Notes: generated by a model from the letters alone, not told the origin. 58,898 nt of DNA, filler included, from Sphacelaria rigidula (GCA_964200075.2; 4 parts of 4 records of this genome joined end to end with filler, not necessarily neighbours in it); one strand, 5' to 3'. Shown: positions 12,006-24,947, counted from the first letter of the whole stretch. Numbers and translations: made by a program.

Positions 12006-13921
12006 CTGGCCGACGAGCAGACGCGCGCGGGGGTTCACATCATGTTCAGCATACTTCATCTGATAGATCATCAATCACGCGTCCTCAAAACGATGCAGCA
12101 GAAGCGAGGGGAGTGGGGTGAGTATGACTCAAGTCGTGCAACACGCCTGCCGTTTCACGCAGGTGAAACAGGGAATACCCGGCTTCCCGCCATGATCCAA
12201 CCACGGAACGGTACTCAAGGGGTCCGCTGACGTTGAGGAGGGGAAAGCTCCAACACAAAGTATATGACATACCTCTCATGTCAAATCCTTTGCCCCCACA
12301 GTCAGTCAGGCTACCGCTAACATAGACTGGAGGTCAATGCAGTTCATGCCACCGAGTTTGAAGAGCATGATACTCAAGAGTACGCACCTTGAAGCCTGCT
12401 GCTATAGCTTCCGCTCGCTGTGCAGAGTCAGCCGAGATGAGCGGGTTGGTGTGATTGAAATGGATTAGAACCACCTCAGCCGAACAACCCGCCAGTATCC
12501 TCATGGATTCTCGCGCAAGCGGGTGAGGGACCTGGGGCAGATAATTGAATAGCCAACTGATCGAGTTGAGTGTCTCATATTTACTGATCCGTTACAAATC
12601 CAGCCGTTATATTATTATGGACATCGCCGAAGTGCAAGTACGATATATTGAAATAAGGATGCAGCATGGTATCGCGTGTGGGGGCACGGGGTGAATCCAC
12701 TTCCCTATTTTTTAGGTGAGGGTCAAGAATGGAGACGGCGTATATGTTCTGCCAACGATGCCATCGCGAATCGCTCGCGGACGCATGGAGCTATCTTTTC
12801 TCGTGCGTGCGATGACCATCGTCTGCAGAACTAATCAACGTAACACGACAGCGTGAATCTCTGGAGATACGTCCACAGCGGAGAGCACTTTCGGGGACGA
12901 GACGGGAGGATCGCTCAGTACGATAGCTGAAAAAAAAGTCCGAACCACAAGCACCTCACCTCGCTCATGTCACGACCCGGAAGTTCCCCGTCATCATAAA
13001 ACGTTGCGTCGAGCAGCGCAAGATCGACGTCTTGGCACCAATCTCGGATACTCCTCTTCCATTCTGACCATGTATCTGTGTCGGGGCAATACAGCAGTCG
13101 CAGTCGCTCGCGCTCCGTGGCCCCGCCAACACTACACATAGTTGCACCATCAACAGCGAGTGTGTCTTGTGAACCATCATCATTCTTGCCCGTGGGTGTT
13201 GGTACCGCAGCGGTATCGCCTCGAATGACGTTCTCACTAGGGGGGGTACTAACATCATGTAGGGCAGTGCTACTGGTATCACCCAGCGTTATCGCGTAGG
13301 CTACGGTATCGGAAAACTCGGCTCGGTGAGGCACCGGCACGGGTACGAACGACACGTTGGGTGTCAGCTGGACCGATGGGATAGAGTGTGCTTCGCCTGT
13401 CGCGCAGAGGTCCAACTCTCGGATGGAGATGTTGCCTCGTCTGGATAGTTGTGCCCAGGGTTCGTTGTTCTGTAAGAAGGACGACATGCTGGGTGTGCAG
13501 AACACCTGTCATTTACAGGTAACGTAACGTGGCGTGCTTGTTTTGGTATTCAAATAATATCGCTCAGTACCTCGCTTATTTCTACGTTATCCCGATTCGG
13601 AAAAAGTGTGATAGATCGCACAGGAAGAAGTGAAACACTTCGTCTGCGATGGACAAGTTTCACTGGTAGGGGGACGTGTGTCTAGAATTTTCAAGTAAGA
13701 GATGTAATAGAACACTTAAAATCCCCCTATCCAAAAAAATGGGATTAGATGCCGTGAGGCTCGACGTGTAGATAACCATAGCAGTGGCCGTCACAACTCT
13801 CTCACCGGCACTTGGGTGGTATCCCCCCCTTCCTTGCCGAGCTGCAGCAGCCCGGCATAGTGACCCGTGTGCGCATGCGTTAGAAGAATCCCGCCAAGCT
13901 GCAGTGGACGATCGTCATAAC
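11868..13921 (-). CDS. PqqB-like metallo-beta-lactamase-fold hydrolase, spliced, 5'-partial (exons 13921-13806, 13505-12960, 12531-12388, 12005-11868)
   Basis: Four GT-AG exons join in phase and give the motifs LLTHAHTGHYAGL, VPHRAEFSDTVAY, LLYCPDTD.W, ALLDATFY, VPHP and LIHFNHTNP in the order known for PqqB-like MBL-fold proteins. N-terminal exons were not found before the contig end. Confidence 0.85.
12388..12531 (-). CDS. PqqB-like exon (PHP and HFNHTNP motifs)
   Basis: CAG acceptor, GTGCGT donor; encodes VPHPLARESMRILAGCSAEVVLIHFNHTNPLISADSAQRAEAIAAGFK. Confidence 0.9.
12960..13505 (-). CDS. PqqB-like large internal exon
   Basis: Lies within ORF 12915..13505; CAG acceptor, GTGAGG donor; 182 codons VFCTP...GRDMSE. 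Confidence 0.9.
13806..13921 (-). CDS. PqqB-like exon with metal-binding HAHTGH motif
   Basis: CAG acceptor, GTGAG donor; encodes YDDRPLQLGGILLTHAHTGHYAGLLQLGKEGGDTTQVP. Too short to appear in the ORF track. Confidence 0.85.
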
Positions 13922-14651
13922 CTGTATCAGGGAGCAAAACATCACCATTAGGTCTTGTGTTTTCTTAGCGAGCGTTCCCATTTTGGTTTCGTTGGGTACA
14001 CCTATCTTCTGATCATTCCTCGGTCCCTCCAGGATCAGTTCATGAGTAACAAATAATCAAATCAATCAAATAATCAAAAGAAAGTTTCGGAAAACGCTCT
14101 TTTCGTTATTTCAGAGGGCAAATATTTCAGGATCAGAATGTAACGAAATATTATTTCCCCCTCCATCAAATGTGGTATTCCCTTGACCTTTTTCGACGAA
14201 GATTGTTTTTTTTTCTGCGATCTGGTCCTGAGATATTTGCACTCTGAAATGACAAAGAAAAGGGTTTTACGAAACTCTCCAGTGTTGGGAATACCGAGCA
14301 TCGTCTGTCCCGCCTGTGCAACCAGGGGCTCAACCCCAAATACGCCTAGTCTACGGCTGATGCTCGGACAGGGTGCACAAAACTGTGGGATGCTTGGCTT
14401 TTCAGCGCAGGTAGGTCATTGGATTTCAGTGGGTCAGGCGTTCGAGATATTGTTTGTGATAGTTGGTTATAGTGGAGAGACAACTCCTGGAAAAGAACTG
14501 CGGGTGGGGGACACAAAGTTGTTGCCGCGGACATGACGCGTGGAATTTCTCTCTTGTAGCCGTAGCCATAAATGTTGTACTTCCTCTGTCCCATCAGTAA
14601 AGTCCGTTATGTTTATACGAGCCCTTAACGGTGTCCGATTTGATTTTCGAT

Positions 14652-14751
14652 NNNNNNNNNNNNNNNNNNNNNNNNNNNNNNNNNNNNNNNNNNNNTTAAT
14701 TAATTAANNNNNNNNNNNNNNNNNNNNNNNNNNNNNNNNNNNNNNNNNNNN
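14652..14751. other. Artificial contig linker
   Basis: 44 N + TTAATTAATTAA (stops in all six frames) + 44 N. Confidence 0.98.
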
Positions 14752-15393
14752 CTGCTTTTCCTTACCAGACACATTGCCAAAAAAAAGAAGAAATGAGAAG
14801 AGCGACGCCACGAAAACCGGTGAGAAGTAGCTCCCCCGAGTTCAACGGGAAGAGAAAAGCCATATCTGTCAAAAGTGTACACCGAAATAAAGGAAGAGCG
14901 AACAGAAGAAGAGACAAGGAACAGGAAAAGACAGGTGACACAAGGAGAGTAGTATGGCCACCATGTTTCGGGTTCAGCTCGGAAACAAAAAAAAACAAAA
15001 GAAACTCCATACACCCCCATATACGACGACGACAGCTGTTCGGAAAAAAAATTATCCAGTACATTTTCTCTTCACTTCTTTTCTTTACTCAGCGGCGGTG
15101 CCGTGTGTTACCAGGTTGGTCTGCGCTTCACAGCGAAATGCTGAAGTTGCGCTGATTTGGAAAACTCGAGGAGTAGTGTTGTGGAGAGCAAATAAGGGAG
15201 CAAAATATGTGGATGAACCTGCGCCTTTCCTACCCCCCTACCCCGACTACCCCCGTCGCCGATAGCACCCTCGTGGTACACACAGCCTCCGTCACCTGCA
15301 TCGCCCGCAGGTGACCTGATAATTTTTTACTCTTTTGCTGCGCTTCTTCCACCTTTCATTGGTTCTTCGCCGCATTTCACTCTTGTCGTTCAG

Positions 15394-15755
15394 CCGGGGA
15401 ACGCCGCAAGGCCGAAGCGATGCTCGCCGTTGCCGAATCTATGCTCGAGCCCGAGTCAGAGGAGGCGACTGCCACTGGCACAAGCGGTGCTGGCATCCCC
15501 GAGGTCACCCCCACGCGTCCCCTGCACAAATCGCAGTCCGGCACACAGAACAATGCTCCACGCTCCTCTGTTGAAAGCGAGGCGCGCGGTAGGACCGGCG
15601 GTGGGTCGAAGAAGTTGTCCGGGCCGGAGCAGGATGCGGTGGTGGCCAAGATCCGGTCCGCGGCTAAGCGGTCCGCTTCTCCGGAGAAGGCGCTACCGTT
15701 CCAGGATGATGACACCCCCACGACGAAGAGTCTTCGCCACAAGAAGGAGATGGAG
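15394..15755 (+). CDS. INCENP: INCENP-like exon
   Basis: CAG acceptor, frame of ORF 15420..15863, donor GTGCGT after HKKEME. Confidence 0.75.
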
Positions 15756-18700
15756 GTGCGTGTCGTGTTGTGTGTGCGTCGAACATGTGTCGGTCGTCTT
15801 TGGGAGGCGTTGTGGGTGATATATTTCCCATCAAACTCCCCCCCTTTACAGGATGAGAGATGAATATACAGCGGGGTCATTAGATGGACGCGCCACACAT
15901 GGAGCTGTGTACATGTACATCATTCAAGGCATTTTCTCCGCTCCGTGTAGCTGTGGTCGAGCGACATCCCCACCTCCTCTCCTGCCTCGACCGCTATCTG
16001 CACAACCGTCGGTCCTAATGCGAAGATGCATGCTGTACCCTGCCATGATTGGCCCGATTTTATCAACATACACACACACTTGGAGCGAGAAATACCTCCC
16101 ATCGTCCCCCCTCACCCGTGTTCATGCATCCGCTCACTCAAATCAGTGGACTGACATGGTTTGCAGCTACAACAATGTTTTCGTGAGATGGAGAGTAAAG
16201 GATACGATTGAGAGTGAAAACGGCCAATCAGTGAGGGACTCGTTTCAGTTCCGAAATGCCCCTCCACGGGGCCCGATATCCCTTCTGTAGTAACTTGCCA
16301 CTGAGGCGCTTGATACCCCTGAGTAGGATATCCACGTGAAGCTGTAAGCACACGGTAATGAAAGCAGAGAAGTGCACACAGAGGAAGAAAGATTGAAAGA
16401 TTGGCCAAGTTCAAGCGAATGATCAAAGCCACTCTCAATGATCGCCCTCTACTCTCAATCTCACGAAAACATGGTCAACAGTACAAGGCTTGCTTCATCT
16501 TTGTCTGCTTCCTTTTTCTCTCTTTTGTTGATCGAATGCGATCATGACTTTTGATCCATTTCGTACAGATCACATAAATCAATTCGGGGTCTCCAGCGAT
16601 GAAAGACATGCACCCTGGAATGATGGAGACTCTATCTAAAGAGACAGCGTGTGCACACTGTTGGGTGCAGATAGACTCTAGCCTTGAAGTATCTTGTATA
16701 TTTCTCGGTCGCGTTCTTCCCATGGATTCGTTGCGTGTAGGGTGGTTGAAAATTGCTCGAGGATCTAGCTGGGATGCAGGGGTTTAGAACGGTGCCTGTA
16801 CCTCCCAAATACTCAGAGCAAAAGCAAGCGGGGGATGCTCCATGTTCGTATATACATGATGTTCAACCTCCAATCAGCTTCTCGCTATCCCATGCCCGCA
16901 GTCGTCAAAATGACACGATGTTTGCCATGGGACGAAGGAGTCTGAACATTTTTTCCCCGAAAGATTTTTGCATTTTTGCCTCGTTCTTCATTAGGCTACT
17001 TATCATGTATGGAAAAAAATCCAAGCTGTTGAAAAGTGCATTTTTGACCCTTCCCCGTCGTTTTCCCCCCCGAAAGAGGACTAGGCGGCTGTTGACACTT
17101 TGGGATGACTTGCTCGACTCGCTGAGACGGTTTCAGAGCACATATGCGTTTCCCGCAGGTCACGGTTTCGTTTTTGGCCAAACTTGCATTTTCAACAACA
17201 AATGGTAAATTCATCTAAAAACGGAGCGAAACTGACATTTTTTCGGTAACTTGCCTCTTGTTATTGAAAATGCAAGCGTGGCCAATCACGAAACCGTGGC
17301 CTATGGGAAACGCATATGTGCTCTGGAACCGTCTCAGCGAGTAGAGCAAGTGATTCCGAAGTCAACAGCCACCTAGGGCCTCCGCCCCACGCAGAAGGCG
17401 ATAACAGAAGACTCGAAACGCAACTCTTGAATGGCCTGTGAAATACAGCTCCCCCTGTAGGCTGGCTGGCCCAGCCTGTAAATCAGGGACTCTCGCCTCG
17501 ATTTGAGGGATGCAACTTTAAATCTAGCACGGGGAGTCGGTAGGCATACTGAAAAAAGTTAACCCCGGACCCTGAGATTTTTTCAAATCTTTTTTTATGA
17601 GTTGAGGACGTTTTGGTTGAACCCCGATGATCTGCTTTGCAGTCAACACATCGAAAATATCCCAGAGTGGAGTTTTTTTTAATGCTCTCCCGGTGTCGTC
17701 TCCAACCCCTCGAAATCGAGGTGGTGATGCGCCTGCAACCTGCAGATCCGCTTCTAGGCTGGCTTAGTTTGTATTGCTCTCGATGGTGTTCAGCTTTTTT
17801 AAATCCTCGTCTTTCCTGGAAACTCATGTTCTCGGTACTGTTTTCGCCCGTTGTAGGTTGAAATTGGCATGTAGGCATTCATTGTAGACAGAGCACTTGA
17901 TTAACGAGTCGGATCATGTCCGTCTCACATGATGCTCCCACGCTCCATCACTCGGCATGGAGATGATGTGCCGTTCCATCTGATTCTTTAGTGCTTTGCA
18001 CGTTCGAGTACAAATGGTTCACCTAACGCGCCCTCCTCCCCCGTCCGGCTGCAACTCCCCCAACACCAGGAGCGTTTGGCGAGGCAACTAGAGGACAAAA
18101 CGGCGGAGGCTGCAGCGGCAGCCGCCGCCACCGCAGCCCCCACACCCAACGCGGCGGACCCAGCGGACGCGAGTGAACAAGACCTCCCGGCGCCCGCAAG
18201 CCCGATCTCGCCCCCCTCCCTCCGCCCTCCCGTGCCAAAGTCTCCGGCCCCCATGCCGCCCTCGTCCCCGCTCCGCGCCGCCGCCGTTGCCGATGCCTTG
18301 GACGCCGAGCTTACTGACAAGAGGACGTCTCCATCCGAAACAGGGGTACCGCCCGCTCCGAATGCTGAAGCTCCCCAGCCGGCGTCGGCACCGGCGCCGG
18401 CGCCGGCGCCGACACCCAGCACTGCGCCGCCCGCGCCCGAGAAATCGGCACCGCGTCCCGTTGGGGTCGCGTCTTCGAGCACGCCGGCAGCGCAGGATGT
18501 TAACGGCTCTAATTTGACGGTAGTTGCCAGCGATGAGGTCCCGGAGGCCCCCTCCTCTCCTGCGCCAGTGCCTTCCAGTGTTTCTGGTACGGCTACTTCG
18601 GGGACGGCGGCGGGGACGAAGGCGCCGGCCGATCCCACGTTCTCGAGCGCTGCTGTGGAAGACGTGATGGAGGCTAGTATTGTCAGCAATAAAGTGGCGG

Positions 18701-21700
18701 AGGCGGCGTCGGATAAGCAGGAGACGATGGCGATGACGACGACGAGTGACTCATCCGCCAAGAAAGAAGTGGACCTGCCCTTGTCTCCGAAGAAAGAAAC
18801 ATCCTCACCCAATCGCACCAGAGAGTTCGGTTCACCTATCCGCCACGGCCACGGCTCCCCCAATCGACCCAAGTCCCCGAAGAGTGAGTGCGGGCGCGCG
18901 TGTGTGTGTGGGTGTGTTTTTTTGCTTTGAGTATGTCCTACTTTTTTATGTACATATTTTGGTGATATAGTGGTTCTTCCTGCGCAAACCGGGTGTAGAC
19001 TGATTCCGTATTTCTAGCAAGCATGTCGTCAAGATCTTGCCCGTGTTTTGATCGTATAAACGAGATTCACACACGCGAACACTCCTCTTTTCATTGGTTC
19101 GTCCCCCCCCCCTCCCATTCTCCTCTTGTATCGCGTCTGTGTGATTTTTTTCTGGGTCCGATTTCATTTTCGATTTGATTTTACTCTAAGTTGAGATGGT
19201 TGAGCCTGTGACCACGGAAGGCGTCCGCATCAGATGCCCAGTACAGAGTACCGCGCAGAAGATATCGGAACGTTTTTTTTTCATGTGAAGACGACAGCAA
19301 CAAGACGAACAACACCCTGCAAGCCAGCCGTGGTCGGTACTCATTTGTTCGAGGGGGTGATGTACTTTCTGCAACGTCCCGCCTCCCCACAGCACGCAAA
19401 GGGAACAACCCCTTCGAAGGGTCGATATCATCTCCGTCTACCGGCTCCCCCCTCAAGGCGTCTGCGCTCAAGGCCCTCGAGAAGCTCGAGCCGGAGGCGA
19501 CGCCTCCTGCAACAAGCAGCACGACGCAGAGTGCGTTTGCGAAGTTCCGCGCCATGGTGAGAGGCGGGGGAATTTAATGGCTCGAATTTTTTCGGTTTCA
19601 CGGTGCTTTCATCTCTGCACAACGGAAGGTACACCATGTAAGGTTTTCAGAGCAGGTGCCCGGCACCGCCTTGATCCAGCGTGTAATGCGTGTCGTTTCG
19701 ATGCGTGATGTCACTCCAAGCGTGCGTTGCACGGGAGCTTCCTTGTTGCTGCAGGGACGGGCATCAAGGTTATGCACTGATTCGTTACGGAGTGATGTGT
19801 TCCTGTCTTGACCCCGTATTCGCCGGGGCGGTGGGTCATCCGGGCCATGCACTACTTGTACTTGTTGGGCATAAGTGGTTCCGATTTAATAACTGACCCA
19901 CCCTGGGATCAGAAGCGTTAACCAGTGGCGCGCGTTTCACCTCATTTCCCAAGGCCTAGCTGAATCTGACGGATCAACTCGTATCTGGGTATTTGACGTC
20001 GAGCGATGCTAAATCAAACCCCCGCGCGGTAGCAAGCAGGAAAATCATAACTTTCACGTGTCGGCATTTTCTTTCTCGTGCCGGAACTGCCCCCAATCAA
20101 ACGCAGGACGCGAAGAAGGAGAAGGGGAATACGCCCGTGTTCAAGCGGTCTCCCGGCAAGCCAGGTACCTCTCCGACCAGGTCAAACTACTCTCCAAGCT
20201 CCCAGATGTTCCCGGCGACGCAGCTGCAACCCACATTTGCCTCCGATCCCCAGTTCCCCTCGTCCACAATCTCTCCCTCAACCGGCGGCGGCGCGCCCAA
20301 CATCATGAACAAATTCGATCTTGCGAGAGCAAAGCGGGAGAAGGAGGAACGGGAAGCCGAAGCCGCCGCGGCTGCCGGTGCTGCCGCTGCCGCCGCCGCT
20401 GCCGCCGCCCGCTCGGCCGCCGCAGCTGAAGCAGCGGAGGCAAAAAGGCGAGCTGAAATTCAGAAAGCGAAGGCCAAATCTGCTGCCGATAAGGCCGCCG
20501 CCGACGAGGCGCGGCGCGAGGCCCAGGCCAAGGCGGAGGCCAAGGCCCGCGAGAATGCCCTCAAGGCTGCCATGGAGCGGGAGGAAGCACTCAAGAGGGT
20601 AGCCGAGAAAAAAGCGGCTGCTGCCAGAAAGAGGGAGGAGGAGAAAAGAAAAGCCGCGGCGGCTGCAAAGGCGGCTGCTGCCGCCAAAGCGGCGGCGGCG
20701 GCGGAGCGCGCGGCGCTCAAGGCCCGCCAAGAGGAGGAAGAGGCCGCCGCGATTGCAGCGGCGGCGCTGAAGCGCGCGCAAGCGACGGGGAAGGTGGCGA
20801 AACCCCCGACTCCTCCACGCCCGGCTGGCAAGGCCCCGCCTCCGACCCCCCCGAGGCCGGCGGGAGGGCCGGCTCCTCCAACGCCCCCGCGTCCGCCGTC
20901 GTATTCGTCCGGGGTCGGGGCTGCCGCTTCCACCCCGACTTGGGCGTCCTCGAGTGGTTTTTCGACTTCATCTTCAGCCTCGGGTGCGCCGTCGTCGACC
21001 AAAAAGGAAACGGATCACAAGCTGGCGCTTCAGAAGAAGAAGCAGGAGATTGCCAAGAGGTGGGGGAGGGCGTGGGGTGATTGACGTACTGAGGTGTACG
21101 GGGTGGTTGATTCTGTCTCATTTTTTATGTGGAGTTTGTGTATACATGCATGCGCATGAGCACGACCCAACTGGCAGAGCAGGTGGGGGAGTGAGGTGAG
21201 TTATTGTACCGGCGTTCAGCTCCTTGTTGGTGACGAGATGTCAGTGACGTGAATGCGCCGTACGTGATGAAGGCCCAAAACCCTCATTAACTTCGGTTTC
21301 GCCCCGAACCTGTGTTGCTCATACAGGATGGAAGACATGCGCAACAAGAAACTAGGAGTGACGAAGGCGACTACCTCCGCCGCGCCGGCTGCGCCTACCC
21401 CGGCGCCTGCCCCTGTCCCTGCCCCTGTCCCGGCGCCCGCGCCTGCGCCCGCATCTGTTGTCGCACCCGCCCCTGCCGCTAAGCCTGCCACCGCGAAGGA
21501 GGATCGTGAGAGCTACGACGATTACGATGTGGAGTGAGTTCGCTGTGTGATGATTGCCGCGTGGAGTTGGTGTTGTTGCTGATGTTTTGAGATCGATTGC
21601 ACTATGTATCTGGGGAGTGGACAGCATGCGTCCGGCTTGCAGGTTTGTGGCGTCATTCAGCTTCTTCTGTTGTGGTTCGAGTGCTGGTTGTAGTCCCAGT

Positions 21701-24700
21701 CTGGTTGTGACAAGTGCTGGTTGCGCTTCTCGTGCAGGTGTTGGTGTTGCCACCGTCGTTGCTGTTGTCGTCGCTGTCATGTTGTTGCGCACTTGCGTTG
21801 ATTTTTTCCCCCAGAGTCGGGGGGAGAGGTCGTTACAACAGTAGTGGTGGGTGTGACATGCCCCCCTTGCGCACTTAACCGGGCCCCGTCTCTCGACTCT
21901 TCACCCGCTTGACGCGTCAGCGCCATCCTGCTGGCTCTCTCCTTTCATCGAGCCTGACCGTTTCCGGTTGCCGTCTTTCGTATTTTCACGGCACTATCGT
22001 TACAATAGGGAAGGATCTGGATCTGAGTCGGGCGAGGAGGGCGAGGAGCCGGCGCAGGAGATCGTGGAACCCCAGGAGGCCAGCGACAAGTGAGGTTTCT
22101 ATTCCGATATTTTTAGCCATAGTACATTGGTGTGACTCTTCTACTTTTGTCCTTCAGAGTATGTTCCGAGTCCTCAGTCGCGCGTGCCTGGAGCTATTCA
22201 GAGATCAATATTTTGACGCAGATATTGCTGGGATTCTTCTCCGTTTTTACACTGCAAGTCTGGGTTGGTACCCTTTAAGTAATACTCTTATGGCGGAAAG
22301 ATTATGGGGTTTGCTAGCGAATGTTTGTGCTCGCTTAGACGATATCCGTCGGTTTTGTCTGAAGGTGAGTGGTGTTTATGACAATTACACTTGGAGCACG
22401 GTCTGGAGCCGCAGTACGCACCGCCGCCTCCCAGATGTCACCATCGAAGTGATGAAGCGATTTTTCCAGGTATAGCCATGCTGTTGGTGGATGGTGTGAT
22501 GATTGGAGGATGTCGTACTCCATTTTCTTGTCCGGTGTTTGATGTGTCGCCTCTTGGATGAACAAGTACGGGAACTGCGCCCGTTTTTTTATTCCGTCCA
22601 CCCCTCGGCGTCGAATTTGCATTTGAAGGTCTGGCATCCCGGACTGGGCTCGAGGGAAGGCTCTGGCTAAGATCTTGGACAAGCAATACGGCGGACCTAA
22701 CCCGCTCAACCCGGACAAGATCTTCCCTGAATTTTTCACATGCAACCTGGAACACATCTTCAACACGAAAAAAACCAAGTGGGACCGCAGCAGCAGGTAC
22801 GTGTGTTCGTCCCGTGCATATCCCGCCCGGCTCCCTTGTGATATTTTCCCGGCTTTCGGTGCGCGCGAGGTATGGGGGAGCGGTTGGTGACGACTAAATT
22901 TTGAAACCGGGTCCAGCACTCACTCTGCCATGTTCTTTGAGTTGTCGGTCCTACCGATTCTTGACAAGCGAGTTGTGAGATTGAAGAGTCCGATTGTGCC
23001 TTGCTTTCGCGCACATGGTTGCGGGGTTTGTTCTGTCATCCTTGATGCTGTCACACGTGTTGCCGTCGAGTTGCACGTCTACTTTGGCTGACGTGCTCTG
23101 CGCCACGCCGGTACGGTGGTGTCCGAAAAAAGGAATTTTCGAATAACCTCTGTTTTTGAGCCCTAGTCACCGGGAATTCGATTATATATTTCGATGCTTT
23201 GTCCCTGCTAGTCCTTGGAACATGCTTGGAGATGTTTGGATAGACGGTATATGGGCGTAGTCGTGCGAGTACGTTTGCATTCTCCAAATACCTCGATCTC
23301 ATGTGCGAGAGTGTGGTTTGATCAAGTGTTGAATTACTCGGACTGTGTGTGATCACGTTAAGGCGAATTCATCGTGATCATCACCGTCCGAGAGGCAGGG
23401 ATCCCTGTAGACTCGGGACTTGTTCCGAGTAATCGTCCCGAGCAATCGTTACGGTTCATATGAAAGTAAGAAGATTGCAATCCAATTCAAAGAAGGCCGT
23501 TGAAGGCGAGGTCGAACATCTATTTGCACCATCACTAAAAATGGAAGGAAGTTGTCTCGGGAATCCTCTTTCGTGCACCTCATAAACTCCATGGACGATG
23601 ACTGCTGTGGTTTCCCGAGCATACTGAATCGCATCATGAAGATTTCTTGACTGTATGTAGTTGACACGACGTCCGACAAAACTATTCCGAAACGATAGCT
23701 GGTCATTTTGATGTCTTCCCATACACTACCGTCAACTGTTTTGAACGCAAGACACGGGATATTTTCTCGTGTTTCATGTTGCGCAACGGGGGGTGCAAGA
23801 CAAGGTCAGGTGACAGACGATCTCTAGTGAATCGTGACACCACTGGTGGTGCGTGAGGTTTTTGTGCTGGTGATCGTGGTTTGTGCTTTGACAACCATGA
23901 CGCGCGGCATTTGCGTGTCAACAGCCTCTCCCACGTGGGCGTTGCCTTTCCGCCAAAAAACAGATTTGCTGAGTCATCAAGCCTGTCCGTTCACTGTTCG
24001 ATTAGAGTAGTCCGGGTGGTGAATGGATTTAACCCTCAGACTGCGAACTCGGAGCAGGTTCATAGGCGGACAGGACAGTCCACGGACATCCGAGGTTCTC
24101 CAGGGTGTAGGAGGGTGGTTTTCGATGGCCTGTTGGCAGGACCGCCGAAAAGCTCATCGAGTCAACAATGTTTGTTGAAAAGTTTCCCACGGAAGATTAC
24201 ACGCTAGGAGTGGTGCCCCACAGACGCGGAGTGACTATTCTGACCGATCACGGTCATCAGCATATTCACCGTGTTCCCCTATTGATGTACTTGAGGTAGC
24301 CTACATCGTTATTCAGCCGTATTTCTCATGTTGGTCGCGACAATTCGACCATAAATTATATGGGCACAAAAAACGTTTTTTACTCTGCTGCGGCAATCTG
24401 GGCTGAAACATGCAGCATGCAGTACACTGTGTCCGGGTTGACAGCGATTGAACATTGACTGTTGCCGTCGTATACAGCGAAGACATATGGTACGGCTCAT
24501 TCACTAATGATTATGCACGCAGTTGACTGCAGGGTCAGAGCTGGTCAGGGGTTGACCAGAACTATTTTCTATATAAATGCCGAACATCCGTATGTTCGTG
24601 AAAAATGTTTTTTTGTGCAGCGAGGAAACAGCTGTCGAACCCCAAATGCGGCACAGTCCATTTCAGTCCACGTGCGGGAGGGGTCGCTGTCCAAGGGCGG

Positions 24701-24947
24701 ATCTGCATAGGCATACATACGGCTGAGCGGCCGTGAAAGTCACAAAATGTGACCCTCTACGATGTCCTAAACAGCTCACCATCTCTTTGTCCCCTCCTGT
24801 GTGTACTGCCTTCCCCACGCGCGCATCTTGCTTCAACCTATGCATGCATCTCTTGCTCGGTATCGCATCAGCGGCAATTGGCACACGGACCGGCTCACAA
24901 TCGCAGAAAAACTCGCGTACCAGCGCGCCATGGGCTTCGACAAGTGA
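15394..24947 (+). CDS. INCENP: INCENP-like inner centromere protein, spliced, 5'-partial (exons 15394-15755, 18070-18883, 19393-19556, 20107-21059, 21327-21533, 22009-22089, 22629-22796, 24872-24947)
   Basis: Eight exons join in phase (~940 codons). The protein has a long P/S/A-rich disordered region, an E/K/A/R-rich helical segment, an acidic YDDYDVEE stretch, then the Aurora-binding IN-box IPDWA..L..Q...NPDKIF....CNLEHIF...RSSSGNWHTDRLT..EKLAYQRAMGF. Confidence 0.85.
16975..17400. mobile_element. Fold-back MITE-like element in INCENP intron
   Basis: ~120-bp inverted arms 17081-17201 / 17258-17376 bounded by CTAG; same family as 36800-37700. Confidence 0.75.
18070..18883 (+). CDS. INCENP: INCENP-like exon (Pro/Ala/Ser-rich)
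   Basis: CAG acceptor, ERLARQLEDK... in the frame of ORF 18076..18930, donor GTGAGT. Confidence 0.85.
19393..19556 (+). CDS. INCENP: INCENP-like exon
   Basis: CAG acceptor, (T)RKGNNPFEG...AFAKFRAM, donor GTGAG; phases match both neighbouring exons. Confidence 0.8.
20107..21059 (+). CDS. INCENP: INCENP-like exon (charged helical/SAH-like region and PPTPPRP repeats)
   Basis: CAG acceptor, frame of ORF 19993..21084, donor GTGGGG. Confidence 0.85.
21327..21533 (+). CDS. INCENP: INCENP-like exon
   Basis: CAG acceptor, (R)MEDMRNKKLG...YDDYDV, donor GTGAGT. Confidence 0.8.
22009..22089 (+). CDS. INCENP: INCENP-like acidic exon
   Basis: TAG acceptor, (E)EGSGSESGEEGEEPAQEIVEPQEASD, donor GTGAGG. 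Confidence 0.75.
22629..22796 (+). CDS. INCENP: INCENP IN-box exon
   Basis: AAG acceptor, SGIPDWARGKALAKILDKQYGGPNPLNPDKIFPEFFTCNLEHIFNTKKTKWDRSS, donor GTACGT. Confidence 0.85.
24872..24947 (+). CDS. INCENP: INCENP terminal exon
   Basis: CAG acceptor, (S)GNWHTDRLTIAEKLAYQRAMGFDK-stop; completes the IN-box in phase. Confidence 0.9.

Noticed and set aside
14300-14651. Missing 5' exons of the PqqB-like gene
   Set aside because: No frame resembling the expected N-terminal G..QDGG.P or DATPD motifs was found; these exons are presumably off the contig.
14696-14707. TTAATTAATTAA as a biological motif
   Set aside because: It is identical in all three N-flanked linkers and is a synthetic six-frame stop.
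17988-18872. 294-aa minus-strand ORF (also 20278..21121 minus ORFs)
   Set aside because: Antisense shadows of GC-rich INCENP exons.
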